Translations under genes and position numbers: made by a program
Shown: positions 8,837-18,433 of the stretch, one piece after another
Numbering within the stretch: the stretch's first letter is position 1
Layout: each line of letters starts with the position of its first letter
Origin: a virus
Lineage: Duplodnaviria; Caudoviricetes
IMG/VR virus record: IMGVR_UViG_3300008954_002004
Location: 1-56,640 of that record
Length of the DNA: 56,640 nucleotides
Reading direction: 5' to 3' (one strand)
Notes under the pieces: model-generated
The model's database searches: none
What the model was told of the DNA's origin: nothing
Seen by the model: the letters and a program-made list of their open reading frames with translations, nothing else

Positions 8837-9594
8837 TAGTCATCTCCGTAAATTCGTAGTACCTCCTCCACAACGACGTGACGTCTTATATCTGTTTTAT
8901 TAAAATGAACCATATCTATATGCCTACATTCATTATACTTCTCAAGTAAATCTTGAAATTCGTATAATCCATTGTCATGGTATCTATCACTTTGGTCCAA
9001 ATCTCCTGTAACCACCATACGGGAATTATCACCTATTCTTGTTAATAACATTTTCATTTGATTTCGTGTGGCATTTTGCATTTCATCTGCTATAATAAAT
9101 GCTCTCTTAAATGTGCGCCCTCTCATATATGCTAGTGGAGATATTTCAATAATACCCTCGTCTATCATACGTGAAATGTTTTTTGGTGAATAATACTCTT
9201 GGAAAACATCAAAAATTGGTCGTGTCCATGGTTCCATTTTTTGTTGAATAGTGCCAGGTAAAAATCCATGTTGTTCATCAACTTCTACTGCTGGGCGGGT
9301 TAATACAATTTTATCTATTTTATTTTCTGAGTATGCTTTCAGTGCGGCTAAACATGCTAACATTGTTTTGCCTGTTCCTGCTGGGCCACATGCAAATACT
9401 ATTGCGTTGGCTGGGTTAATTAATAAGTCGATATAATCTGATTGATTAAGTGATCTTGCTTTTAGTTTTATGTTTGGTTTTTTTAGTGTGTGCCTTGGTT
9501 GTTGCCCGTAATATTTTTCAAATTCAATAATTTTATCGTCCATAAAGTCGTACATAGTGCTACGGCGTTTATGACGGCTCCTACGTTTTGACAT
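8836..9594 (-). CDS. phoH: PhoH-family ATPase
   Basis: GPAGTGKT, LTRPAVE, GFLPG, LAYMRGRT, DEMQN, LTRIG, GDLDQ.D. Confidence 0.96.
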   Translation of the reverse strand: MSKRRSRHKRRSTMYDFMDDKIIEFEKYYGQQPRHTLKKPNIKLKARSLNQSDYIDLLINPANAIVFACGPAGTGKTMLACLAALKAYSENKIDKIVLTRPAVEVDEQHGFLPGTIQQKMEPWTRPIFDVFQEYYSPKNISRMIDEGIIEISPLAYMRGRTFKRAFIIADEMQNATRNQMKMLLTRIGDNSRMVVTGDLDQSDRYHDNGLYEFQDLLEKYNECRHIDMVHFNKTDIRRHVVVEEVLRIYGDD

Positions 9595-9720
9595 AAGTCA
9601 CCTCGCTGTATAGATTAATCACATTACATACTGTGATGCAAATATTTAATATTAAACCGACCAAAAAATAACATTGTAGTTTATTCCAATAAATATACAG
9701 GCAAATATGATTCAATAACG

Positions 9721-10023
9721 ATGACAGACGATGAATATGACGCGGTGTACTCACTGCTGAGAGAAGGACTCAATTCAATTCCGTTTAATCAACGTGTTCG
9801 TTCTAAACAGTGGGAAGAACTGTTAGAGCATATTAATCTTAAACATACCAATCCAGGAAAATGTAATAATTGTGGTCATACGTGCCACGGTTATGCTGGT
9901 GTTGGTGAAAAAGTTCATGGACATTGCAGTAATTGTGACTGTAAAAATTGTCGTTGTAATCTATGTGAGCTTAAATATGGTAGAGGGTTTTCTAACGTAA
10001 CCATTCCCATAAAATATGGCTAA
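9721..10023 (+). CDS. Small protein with a Cys/His-rich C-terminal half (9 Cys)
   Basis: CNNCGHTCH...HGHCSNCDCKNCRCNLC; overlaps the start of the radical SAM gene by 8 nt. Confidence 0.7.
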   Translation: MTDDEYDAVYSLLREGLNSIPFNQRVRSKQWEELLEHINLKHTNPGKCNNCGHTCHGYAGVGEKVHGHCSNCDCKNCRCNLCELKYGRGFSNVTIPIKYG

Positions 10024-11371
10024 TTACAACAGTAAAAATAAAGACACTTATTGCCCATTTGCATGGGAACACCAAATGATAGACTCAGACGGATCCTACC
10101 GTCTGTGCTGTATTGCTGATGATAAAATAAAAGACAATAATGGCAAGCCATTTAATGTGCGCGGTTCTACACTTGAAGAAGTGTGGAACAGTGAATATAT
10201 GCAAAATACTAGGCGTAGTATGTTAAATGGTGAAAAAATATCTGACTGCAGACTATGTTATAAAAATGAAGAAGAAAATCTTTACAGTTATAGGCAAAGC
10301 ACACTAGCAGAGAAAGATATGGGCGTTCATAGCCACATTGAACCCATTACTGAAGATGATATTGTAATAAAAACTGCACCTAATTATTACGACTTTAGAT
10401 TTGGTAATTTATGTAATTTAAAATGTGTAATGTGTGGCCCACATTACAGCACAGAACATCAGTCAGAATTTGCAAAGTTTTATGATAGTATTAGTACACT
10501 TTCACATGGGGAAAAGCATAACGAACTATGTTTAATTGGTATAAATCCTGATACAGAATCAGGAAATGAGTGGATAGAAGCATTACCCATATACGGTGGC
10601 AATAAGTTGTATGAATGGGCAGAAAATATAGATGTATTTGATAAAATTATTGCTTCTGTAAATAAAGAATCTACCGACACAATTTACTTAACAGGTGGCG
10701 AACCTACTATTGTTGAAGGCAATTTTAAAATGCTGAAAGCATTAGTTGATAGTGGGCATTGTGAACATATTACAGTTATTATTAACACAAACTGCACGAA
10801 TTTAAATGCTAATTTTTATAAAATATTATATAAATTTAAATCAGTATTATTAAATGTTAGTATAGACGGCACTGGCGACACGATAGAATATATACGTTAT
10901 CCTTCAAAATGGAAACAAATAGATAAAAATTTAAACAAAATTGTTTCTGATGTAAATGAAAAACAATTAGAGAATTTTAAAATTTCTTTTGCATCAGTAA
11001 TACAAATGCTCAATGCTTTTAATTTAGAAGAATTAGTGCAGTATTATTTAGATTTAAAAAGTAAATCCAACTATCCAAATAACATTACTATTGTTCCTAC
11101 TGTTTTAGAAGGTCCACAATGGTATGATATAACAAATATTAATAGTTGGGTACGCCGTAAAATAAGCACTCAATTACAAACATACAAGGGTAAAGATGAA
11201 TCACTGGACGCTTGGTTAGAGAGTGTACATAAGTGTTTGAATAACGCCGACCATCATGGACATTCACTAAATATTAATACAGCAATTGCTAAACATGTTT
11301 TCTATAAAAAATATAGAAAAATCGACAAATACAATAATTGGTTCTATGATATTATAGAACGTATAATATGA
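10016..11371 (+). CDS. Radical SAM protein with N-terminal twitch/SPASM-like domain
   Basis: CP..W...DG..RLCC ... CRLC; CNLKCVMC; TGGEPT; SIDG; YIRYP..W. Confidence 0.9.
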   Translation: MANYNSKNKDTYCPFAWEHQMIDSDGSYRLCCIADDKIKDNNGKPFNVRGSTLEEVWNSEYMQNTRRSMLNGEKISDCRLCYKNEEENLYSYRQSTLAEKDMGVHSHIEPITEDDIVIKTAPNYYDFRFGNLCNLKCVMCGPHYSTEHQSEFAKFYDSISTLSHGEKHNELCLIGINPDTESGNEWIEALPIYGGNKLYEWAENIDVFDKIIASVNKESTDTIYLTGGEPTIVEGNFKMLKALVDSGHCEHITVIINTNCTNLNANFYKILYKFKSVLLNVSIDGTGDTIEYIRYPSKWKQIDKNLNKIVSDVNEKQLENFKISFASVIQMLNAFNLEELVQYYLDLKSKSNYPNNITIVPTVLEGPQWYDITNINSWVRRKISTQLQTYKGKDESLDAWLESVHKCLNNADHHGHSLNINTAIAKHVFYKKYRKIDKYNNWFYDIIERII

Positions 11372-12771
11372 CTCCAGAATTAGAAAAACTTATAAGTATC
11401 CTACCAAAAAAAAATAGACATGTCTATTGTCCTGTAGCATGGCATGAGCAAATGATAGAATCTAACGGTGCTATTAGATTATGTTGCCTTGCTGGAGAAA
11501 CAATAAAAAATGATGATGGTACTGAAGCCAATGTAAATGTTAATTCCTTAGATGAAATATGGAATAATAGACACATGCAAGAAATTAGACAAAAAATGTT
11601 GAATGGAATACCATTGAAGATGTGTCTGCCCTGTTATCAACATGAAAAGAATAACGGGTATAGCAATAGGGAATATGAAATTGAGGAAATGACAAAAATC
11701 AAAAAAGATTTTCCTGTTGATATTATAGTAAAAGAAAAACCTGATTATTATGATGTAAGGTTTGGCAATTTATGCAATATGAAATGTATTACATGTGGCC
11801 CACAATATAGTTCAGAACATTACGAAGAATATATAAAAATATACAATGATATTAAAATAGAAACGAACAATAATAAAAAACAAATTGATTCTGAAATGAC
11901 AAAATTAGGAGAATATTGCCACATAGGATTAGTTATGACTGCTGATGAAATGGATATTATAAGACAAAATAAAGGCAATTATGACTGGCCACAAAATGAC
12001 AAAGTTTTTAATTCAATATTAGAACAAATAACTACATCAAATACTCAAAAATTGTATATAACTGGTGGTGAACCAACATTATCAGCTGCAAATTTAAAAC
12101 TAATAACTGCGTTAGTAGATAATGGACAATCTAAAAATATTACATTATGGATGAATACTAACATGACAAATGTGAATGAAAATTTTTGGAATTTAGTAGC
12201 ACAATTTAAACATGTAAGAGTAATGATGAGTATAGATGGTATCGGAGATACTTTTGATTATATTAGATATCCAGGACAATGGAAACAAATAGATAAAAAT
12301 ATTCATAAATTAATAAATTTTATTAATAATCTAGCACCACATAGTAGAGACCCAAAAGACCATCAAAAATTTGAACTTCAATTAGCACCAGTAATACAAT
12401 TATTAAACTTATTAAACTTGGACGAAATTATCGAGTATTATGTTAAAATAATAGATCCTGCCCATTGTGCAATAACATTTTCTCCTAATGTTTTGCGTGG
12501 TCCCGATTATTACCGTATTACAAACGCAAACTATGACGTTAGACAAGAAGTAAATAATCGTCTTAAGGAAAAATGGGACGGATATGAATATTTCGGAACT
12601 CGGAAATTAGAACATATTCTACAAGTAATAGACAACACATTAACTTATAAAAACGAAGTAGATTCTTCTCTAATGAATGTTGTATATGAAAATCATAAAA
12701 TGTATAAAAGATATAGAAAAATTGAACATTTAGACGATTGGTTTTATGCTACTATGAAACGTCTTATCTAA
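11368..12771 (+). CDS. Radical SAM protein with N-terminal twitch/SPASM-like domain (tandem paralogue)
   Basis: CPVAW...RLCC ... CLPC; CNMKCITC; TGGEPT; SIDG; ATGA overlap. Confidence 0.9.
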   Translation: MTPELEKLISILPKKNRHVYCPVAWHEQMIESNGAIRLCCLAGETIKNDDGTEANVNVNSLDEIWNNRHMQEIRQKMLNGIPLKMCLPCYQHEKNNGYSNREYEIEEMTKIKKDFPVDIIVKEKPDYYDVRFGNLCNMKCITCGPQYSSEHYEEYIKIYNDIKIETNNNKKQIDSEMTKLGEYCHIGLVMTADEMDIIRQNKGNYDWPQNDKVFNSILEQITTSNTQKLYITGGEPTLSAANLKLITALVDNGQSKNITLWMNTNMTNVNENFWNLVAQFKHVRVMMSIDGIGDTFDYIRYPGQWKQIDKNIHKLINFINNLAPHSRDPKDHQKFELQLAPVIQLLNLLNLDEIIEYYVKIIDPAHCAITFSPNVLRGPDYYRITNANYDVRQEVNNRLKEKWDGYEYFGTRKLEHILQVIDNTLTYKNEVDSSLMNVVYENHKMYKRYRKIEHLDDWFYATMKRLI

Positions 12772-12803
12772 ATATAAACAGGCGCAACGACGATATAATT
12801 TAA

Positions 12804-13721
12804 TTATATTTGAGATAACTCTATGAGTGTCGCACTTAAATTAATCTCTGGATCAGCGGCCAATGTGTGATTAACTAATCCCTTGCGTATAATTAAGATT
12901 GCTTTATCCATTCCCTCAGGATTATTTGACCACAACTCCAAATTATCATACATCCAACGATACAGGTCGTCAATCTCATCTGGGCGTATTTGCTTACACA
13001 ATAATTCACGTGCTTGCCTATACTGACCTTTTTTAACTAACTCTACCATATCAATTTTATAGTCACTAACACCAGCATCTTCACTATGCGGAGATACAAG
13101 TTTGCTTGTAGTGCTATTCATTTGTAATAAGTTAATACACTTACGCAAATCTGGATAAGTTGCTTTTACATAATTGTCTAATACATCAAGTTCAAACTCA
13201 ACGCCTTCCTCCAACATTATGTGTGCTACTCTTGCAGTAAACTCTGTTGGATCAATCTTATCAATATGAAAGCCTTGACATCTACTGTGTAATGCTGGAA
13301 TAACTTTTTGTGGATAGTTACAAGTTAAAATAAAACGTGCTGTGTCGTGATATGTTTCCATAACACCACGCAACGCCGCTTGTCCATTGGGAGACATATA
13401 ATCTGCTTCATCAAGCAATACAATTTTAAAGTCACCAAATGGTAATGTGCTAACAAAGCCTGTTACTTTGTCTCTAATGCTATCTACAGAGTTTTCCCTA
13501 CTAGCATTAATCTCTAGCACATCATATTGATCAATGTCAAGTGCTGTAATTAGTATTTTTGCCAATGTTGTTTTGCCAACACCAGCCGCGCCACTAAACA
13601 ATAAATGTGGGATTGCCCCACTTTTAATCCAACCCTTAACTTGTTTTCGTTGACTTTCGTCACGAAATACATAAGAGTCTATGTCAGTTGGCCTGTAATG
13701 TTCAGTCCACAGTTTTTTCAT
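12804..13721 (-). CDS. Sliding-clamp loader, RFC small subunit / gp44-like
   Basis: WTEHYRP, PHLLFSG.AGVGKTT, EINAS, LLDEAD, SRC, DLRK.IN.LQ. Confidence 0.93.
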   Translation of the reverse strand: MKKLWTEHYRPTDIDSYVFRDESQRKQVKGWIKSGAIPHLLFSGAAGVGKTTLAKILITALDIDQYDVLEINASRENSVDSIRDKVTGFVSTLPFGDFKIVLLDEADYMSPNGQAALRGVMETYHDTARFILTCNYPQKVIPALHSRCQGFHIDKIDPTEFTARVAHIMLEEGVEFELDVLDNYVKATYPDLRKCINLLQMNSTTSKLVSPHSEDAGVSDYKIDMVELVKKGQYRQARELLCKQIRPDEIDDLYRWMYDNLELWSNNPEGMDKAILIIRKGLVNHTLAADPEINLSATLIELSQI

Positions 13722-14007
13722 TAGTACCTAAGAATTTGTCGATATGATCTTTGTAATTTTGGTAATAGTAGTCAAAGAGAAAGTTATAATCATCTGATAT
13801 GTCATGTATTTTACTGCGCCGCAATATTTTTTTATTTTCTAAATCCAATACTACTGTAGCACTAATAAAATCTTTATCTCGTAATTTAGTCATCAATCCT
13901 ACTTTCTCATCATAAACCATATTTTCCTTAATATAGCCTTTCTTTGACGTTTGACTAGGGTCTGCAGGCTTCCCTGCATATTGTATTACTAAAAATTTAC
14001 CTTTCAT
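13702..14007 (-). CDS. Hypothetical protein
   Basis: 101 aa ORF directly behind a consensus sigma70 promoter. Confidence 0.7.
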   Translation of the reverse strand: MKGKFLVIQYAGKPADPSQTSKKGYIKENMVYDEKVGLMTKLRDKDFISATVVLDLENKKILRRSKIHDISDDYNFLFDYYYQNYKDHIDKFLGTNEKTVD

Positions 14008-14013
14008 TTGCTT

Positions 14014-14042
14014 ATTATACTATTCATTTAGACATTTGTCAA
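14014..14042 (-). promoter_or_regulatory. Consensus sigma70-type promoter
   Basis: TTGACA (14042-14037), 17 nt, TATAAT (14019-14014); ATG 6 nt downstream. Confidence 0.85.
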
Positions 14043-14679
14043 ACATTGTTTTATAATGATCTATTAAAGCATACGGTATATGCTTTTCATAATCGATGTC
14101 ATGTTTCTGTGTATGACGATACTCCGTAAAACTATCTAATTCATCATAATCAAACACTGTATAGTCAGGTAACTTATATTTAATATCTTCTATTAATTCT
14201 AAATCTCTTTTATAAACTTTTACATATTGTTTAAGATTGTCTTCATTTATTGGCAACACAAAATTCTCTGTATCTATATCAGTAGTCTCTCTGCCTGCTT
14301 TAGTCCATTTGCCAAAAACTTTTTCTCCATCCATATCACGAAATCTATGCGTTACATTCCAGTTATGTAATTCACAAAACATATAACTCAAATATGAATT
14401 CCAAGGATTGCGATCTACAATATAAACATGATAATCTTTAAAATAATTTATAATTCTTGGAACATCACGTATTTGACCCGTATGAACTTTTAAACAGTAA
14501 TGACGATTATCCTCTTTTCCTGTTTCTAAAAATTTAAATTTTTCTTCGTACTTTTCAGGTGTATCTTGTGTATTAAAATATTCACCTAGACGTAGATGTA
14601 TACCTTCACTATTTTTCCATGCGTGTTGATATACTACGCCTGATCCTGTCCTAGGTCGAGATAGTACTTGATAAATCAT
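14020..14679 (-). CDS. Sulfotransferase-like protein
   Basis: VLSRPRTGS (5'-PSB-like), LGEYFN, LKVH, DRNPW..YLS (3'-PB-like). Confidence 0.65.
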   Translation of the reverse strand: MIYQVLSRPRTGSGVVYQHAWKNSEGIHLRLGEYFNTQDTPEKYEEKFKFLETGKEDNRHYCLKVHTGQIRDVPRIINYFKDYHVYIVDRNPWNSYLSYMFCELHNWNVTHRFRDMDGEKVFGKWTKAGRETTDIDTENFVLPINEDNLKQYVKVYKRDLELIEDIKYKLPDYTVFDYDELDSFTEYRHTQKHDIDYEKHIPYALIDHYKTMFDKCLNE

Positions 14680-15074
14680 TCATCATCAATTACTGTATTG
14701 GCACCAATACCATATTGATCATGTTCTGCAGGACGTTCATCACTAGTAAGTAAAACTTCTTCTGGGTCAACCATTCGTACAGTTTTTTCTTCACCATCAA
14801 TTGTACGAATTTGTAATCCGCGTGTCCAACGACCGTGTTCAACAAGTACCCATTGGCCTGGTTCTACATCATGTTGTAATGGGCCAGTACGGTATACTTT
14901 CCCCCAACGTGGACGAATGCCACGTTCTATTGCATCATCATCTGGAATAACAATACCAGTCTTAGTAACTGTTTCACCAGTTTTTAATTCCTCTACAATA
15001 ATTCTATCTTGGATTGCTCGTAGTTCACCATTCAATTGATATGTTGAAAATAATTTAACATTTTCAAATTCCAT
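14676..15074 (-). CDS. groES: GroES/Cpn10 co-chaperonin
   Basis: LRAIQDRIIV, TKTGIVIPD, GKVYRTGP, VEPGQWVL. Confidence 0.85.
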   Translation of the reverse strand: MEFENVKLFSTYQLNGELRAIQDRIIVEELKTGETVTKTGIVIPDDDAIERGIRPRWGKVYRTGPLQHDVEPGQWVLVEHGRWTRGLQIRTIDGEEKTVRMVDPEEVLLTSDERPAEHDQYGIGANTVIDDE

Positions 15075-15084
15075 TCCGGACTCC

Positions 15085-15621
15085 TTATCCTAAATCGAGA
15101 TTGTCTAATGCGCCTGTAACTGCTTTGGGCAATTTTGCTTCTGCTTCTTCTTTTTCCTCTTTTGCTTTTGTTTTTGCTTTCGCCGCCGCTTTTTTAATTT
15201 TCTTTTCTAAAGCAGATTGCGTTGCTTCATCAGCAGTAACAGTTGGATCTGCTGAAATCGCCGGTGTTGCTTGTGGTGTTTTCTTTGGCGTGGCGGATAC
15301 TTCTGGTGCTGGTTGTTCTTCAACACTCATTGCTGGAGACACTGTTTCAGGTTGCCTTTCCTCATCGGGGATCATATCTTCAGAAATTGCGGCAACTGGT
15401 TGTGATTTTGCCACAGCATTTGGATTATTTGCATAATACTCTTGCACAACTTCTGCATTTGTTCTTATAACTTCTCCCCCCGGACCAATTTCATCACCAC
15501 GGGCATTCACTGGATTATTTCCTACAGCAATTGAATCTTCGTGTTGTAAAAGCATTGATTCAATATCAATCATTTTACCTGCCGCAGTTCTATAAGTTTT
15601 TCTTCCTGTGTTATCTACCAT
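15085..15621 (-). CDS. Hypothetical protein
   Basis: YRTAAGK.ID...AVGN..VNARGDEIG.GG N-terminus and low-complexity tail; GAGG RBS. Confidence 0.7.
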   Translation of the reverse strand: MVDNTGRKTYRTAAGKMIDIESMLLQHEDSIAVGNNPVNARGDEIGPGGEVIRTNAEVVQEYYANNPNAVAKSQPVAAISEDMIPDEERQPETVSPAMSVEEQPAPEVSATPKKTPQATPAISADPTVTADEATQSALEKKIKKAAAKAKTKAKEEKEEAEAKLPKAVTGALDNLDLG

Positions 15622-15654
15622 CGTTTTTCCTCATATTATGTACATATATTATAT

Positions 15655-16164
15655 TTATTTAAAGAATTCATCAGGTGATAAATTATATTTTATACTGTCA
15701 ATCTTATGAATACCTAACAAATATAAAACATAACTTGCCACACTACTACCTCTGCCAACACCCCATACAATGTCATTTTCACGCATTGTGTCTACAAAAT
15801 ACTTTAAAAAACATAATGCATCAAAGAAATCTATCTTTTGATACTCTAATAACTCATGTCCTACACGTTGCAATTCTGCATCAGTTTGGCATAAACTTAA
15901 CAAATACTCAGCAATGTCTAGTTCTTTATATTCCTGTGGCATATACCAGTTTTGCTGATATTGTTTGTCAAATTCCTCTACACTAACATTTGGCTCTACA
16001 TATTGTTCAAGTTTTCCATTAGCCAAATATAAATTAGCAATTGCGTCATTAAATTTCTCAACATCAGTAATGTTAAGTTTAGTCAAGTCAACATCAGGAT
16101 TACTGTATAAAACGTTGATTACTTCCTTTTCGCTTAATACGTAATCGCCAAATTTATTCATCAT
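15655..16164 (-). CDS. DNA polymerase III alpha (DnaE, family C) fragment
   Basis: R..HEL, F..L.YFVD.MREN.I.WGVGRGSSVASYVLYLLGI..ID.IKYNL; only 169 aa. Confidence 0.85.
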   Translation of the reverse strand: MMNKFGDYVLSEKEVINVLYSNPDVDLTKLNITDVEKFNDAIANLYLANGKLEQYVEPNVSVEEFDKQYQQNWYMPQEYKELDIAEYLLSLCQTDAELQRVGHELLEYQKIDFFDALCFLKYFVDTMRENDIVWGVGRGSSVASYVLYLLGIHKIDSIKYNLSPDEFFK

Positions 16165-16397
16165 TTTTTATTAACATCAATTAACTCGTCATACTTCTCT
16201 TTTCCATCTTCCAAAGATTGTTGGTGTCTGCGGTTCATTTCTTCTTGGTATTCGTTTAATACTACAACCATTTGATTTATAGCACCGAACATACCAGCCT
16301 GGGATGCTTGCCTCATTTTAGTATTTAATTCATTTATTTTTCCAAGTAACTCATCATCAGAAAGTTCAGTTACGCCTGTTACTAATGGATTAAACAT
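16161..16397 (-). CDS. Hypothetical helical protein
   Basis: 78 aa, MFNPL...LSDDEL..KI.EL; overlaps the next gene. Confidence 0.7.
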   Translation of the reverse strand: MFNPLVTGVTELSDDELLGKINELNTKMRQASQAGMFGAINQMVVVLNEYQEEMNRRHQQSLEDGKEKYDELIDVNKK

Positions 16398-16399
16398 AA

Positions 16400-16942
16400 T
16401 TATACTCCTGTGTGTCCAAAGCCACCTTTCCTGTCTGTTTTTTGTTCCGGAGGTGAATCTACCTCTCGCAATGCCATATATGTGTCTGTATGAAATTCAA
16501 TTTGTGCTATCCTATCAAATTCCCACACTGTAAATGGTTTTTCACTTATATTATACAGCATAACAAAAGTTTCATGATAATAATCACTATCTACTACGCC
16601 TTCACAATTAGCAACAGTAATACCATTTTTCCACGCTAACCCACTACGTGGGTGTATGCGTATACTATAATCATCTGGTATATCAAAAATTATACCTGTT
16701 GGAATAAGATAACGCCAACGCGGCAATATATCAATATACTTTTCAGGTGCCCCAGGGACTCGATGCCAGGCTCGAACATTTTCTTGTGACGAATTGTTTG
16801 ATGTGTCCATTGCTTTTACTGTGTCAGTATGAAAAAAAGAATGCACATCATAACAAGCAGAGTTTAAAGTTGCGCGGACTGGCTCTAGAACTCGTTCATC
16901 TATTTTATAATAATTTACACTAATTTGTGTTACCATCGACAT
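16400..16942 (-). CDS. dut: dUTPase (trimeric)
   Basis: SACYD, IPTGI, PRSGLA, GVVDSDY, DRIAQ, RKGGFGHTG. Confidence 0.95.
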   Translation of the reverse strand: MSMVTQISVNYYKIDERVLEPVRATLNSACYDVHSFFHTDTVKAMDTSNNSSQENVRAWHRVPGAPEKYIDILPRWRYLIPTGIIFDIPDDYSIRIHPRSGLAWKNGITVANCEGVVDSDYYHETFVMLYNISEKPFTVWEFDRIAQIEFHTDTYMALREVDSPPEQKTDRKGGFGHTGV

Positions 16943-17499
16943 TCTCCATTATCTAATTTAGATCTCCATTTTTCTTGCCATTCACTATTATGTTGTATAT
17001 ACCAACTTGGACGATGCAACTCTAAAAGATTAACTATTTCCATCTCTATTTTCATTGCTTCTAATTCCAACCACGCGGTACATTTATGATATTTTCCGCG
17101 CCAAGTTAGACCATGTCTATCTTGCATATAATGTACAGTTTCATGCACAACACTTGCAACATCATGAGTATCATCTAAATTCATACTTCTAGGAAGAATA
17201 ATAGATCCCGTTAGCACTTCATAATATGCATATACTCCACTTTCTAATACACATTCTGCATATTTTTTTATATCATTTTCGTATTTGTGGTTGCACCACC
17301 TTTGTTGTATTTCTTCATGAGTGAGTAATATTACTTGCCAATTATGATCATATTGAATAGGGGTATCATAACGTTCTTCAAGATAACTTATCGTCGCCTC
17401 AATGATTTTATATAATTTTGGACCAGAACGTATGTCCCCCATGTCGGAACTTGCCATTAATGGCATTGCCCATAGAATTATTGCGAGTATATATTTCAT
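16930..17499 (-). CDS. Exported HExxH zinc-metallopeptidase-like protein
   Basis: Signal peptide; VYAYY, VVHETVHYMQ, LELEA. Confidence 0.6.
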   Translation of the reverse strand: MKYILAIILWAMPLMASSDMGDIRSGPKLYKIIEATISYLEERYDTPIQYDHNWQVILLTHEEIQQRWCNHKYENDIKKYAECVLESGVYAYYEVLTGSIILPRSMNLDDTHDVASVVHETVHYMQDRHGLTWRGKYHKCTAWLELEAMKIEMEIVNLLELHRPSWYIQHNSEWQEKWRSKLDNGECRW

Positions 17500-17505
17500 A
17501 AAACA

Positions 17506-17534
17506 ATTATACTACAGAATAGGGCAAATGTCAA
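17506..17534 (-). promoter_or_regulatory. Consensus sigma70-type promoter
   Basis: TTGACA (17534-17529), 17 nt, TATAAT (17511-17506); ATG 6 nt downstream. Confidence 0.85.
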
Positions 17535-18418
17535 GTAGTTAAAGTGCCCAGCACAGTCGCATCAGTCACTTTTTCCGATATTTTATCTATATTCTCTTTA
17601 TCAGCGACCAATAACATGCCCCAACCACAATTGAACACGCATTCAAACTCATGTTTACTCATATTCATAGGAAAATTCTGAGTAGACGCGAATAATGCTG
17701 ACCACCAATCTTTTAATTCAATATTAATATCGTAATTTAAATGATCTGGCAATATTCTAGGTAAATTACCGTGAATTCCACCTCCTGTAATATGAGCCGC
17801 GCCCTTGATAAGTGGTAAAATAGGTAAAATGTCGTAAGTATAAATGCGAGTAGGCTTTAGAATGTTTATATGGTAAATTCCACCATATAATTGACGTAAT
17901 AAACTGTATCCATTGCTATGTGGACCACTACTAGGGATACCAATGATAACATCACCCTCTTTCATCAAATCTTTTTTGGGTAATTCATCTACAACTACAC
18001 CCATACAAAACCCAGCAAGATCAAATTTGCTGTTTTCATACACACCAGGCATTTCAGCGGTCTCACCACCAACTAACTCACATCCTGCTAACTCACATCC
18101 TGTTTGTATACCAGATAATATCTCTTTACTTTTCTCTACGTCAAGACTACCCGTTGCGTAATAGTCTAAAAATGAATGAGGTTTAGCGCCGTGACACAAA
18201 ATATCGTTGGCGCACATAGCAACTAAATCAATACCAATTGTATCAAATACATTTAAGTATTCTGCTACTAGTATTTTTGTTCCTACGCCATCTGTGCTGA
18301 GGACTATTTTAGTGTCGCCGAGATTTATAACGGCTCCATAGTCAGAAAAGCCAAGTTGTTTAATTAATTGGTCTGCTTTCGCAATATCTACACCGGCGTC
18401 TTTGTAGGCGTCGGTCAT
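17531..18418 (-). CDS. purM: Phosphoribosylformylglycinamidine cyclo-ligase (AIR synthetase)
   Basis: YKDAGVDI, TDGVGTK, GIDLVAM..ND, FLDY, GGETAEMPG, SSGPHSNGYSL, HITGGG, FN.G.G. Confidence 0.96.
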   Translation of the reverse strand: MTDAYKDAGVDIAKADQLIKQLGFSDYGAVINLGDTKIVLSTDGVGTKILVAEYLNVFDTIGIDLVAMCANDILCHGAKPHSFLDYYATGSLDVEKSKEILSGIQTGCELAGCELVGGETAEMPGVYENSKFDLAGFCMGVVVDELPKKDLMKEGDVIIGIPSSGPHSNGYSLLRQLYGGIYHINILKPTRIYTYDILPILPLIKGAAHITGGGIHGNLPRILPDHLNYDINIELKDWWSALFASTQNFPMNMSKHEFECVFNCGWGMLLVADKENIDKISEKVTDATVLGTLTT

Positions 18419-18433
18419 AATTAAATCCTATAA

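Noticed and set aside
15655-16164. DnaE pseudogene or split intein
   Set aside because: No continuation in other frames and no intein N-terminal motif; the ORF is cleanly bounded
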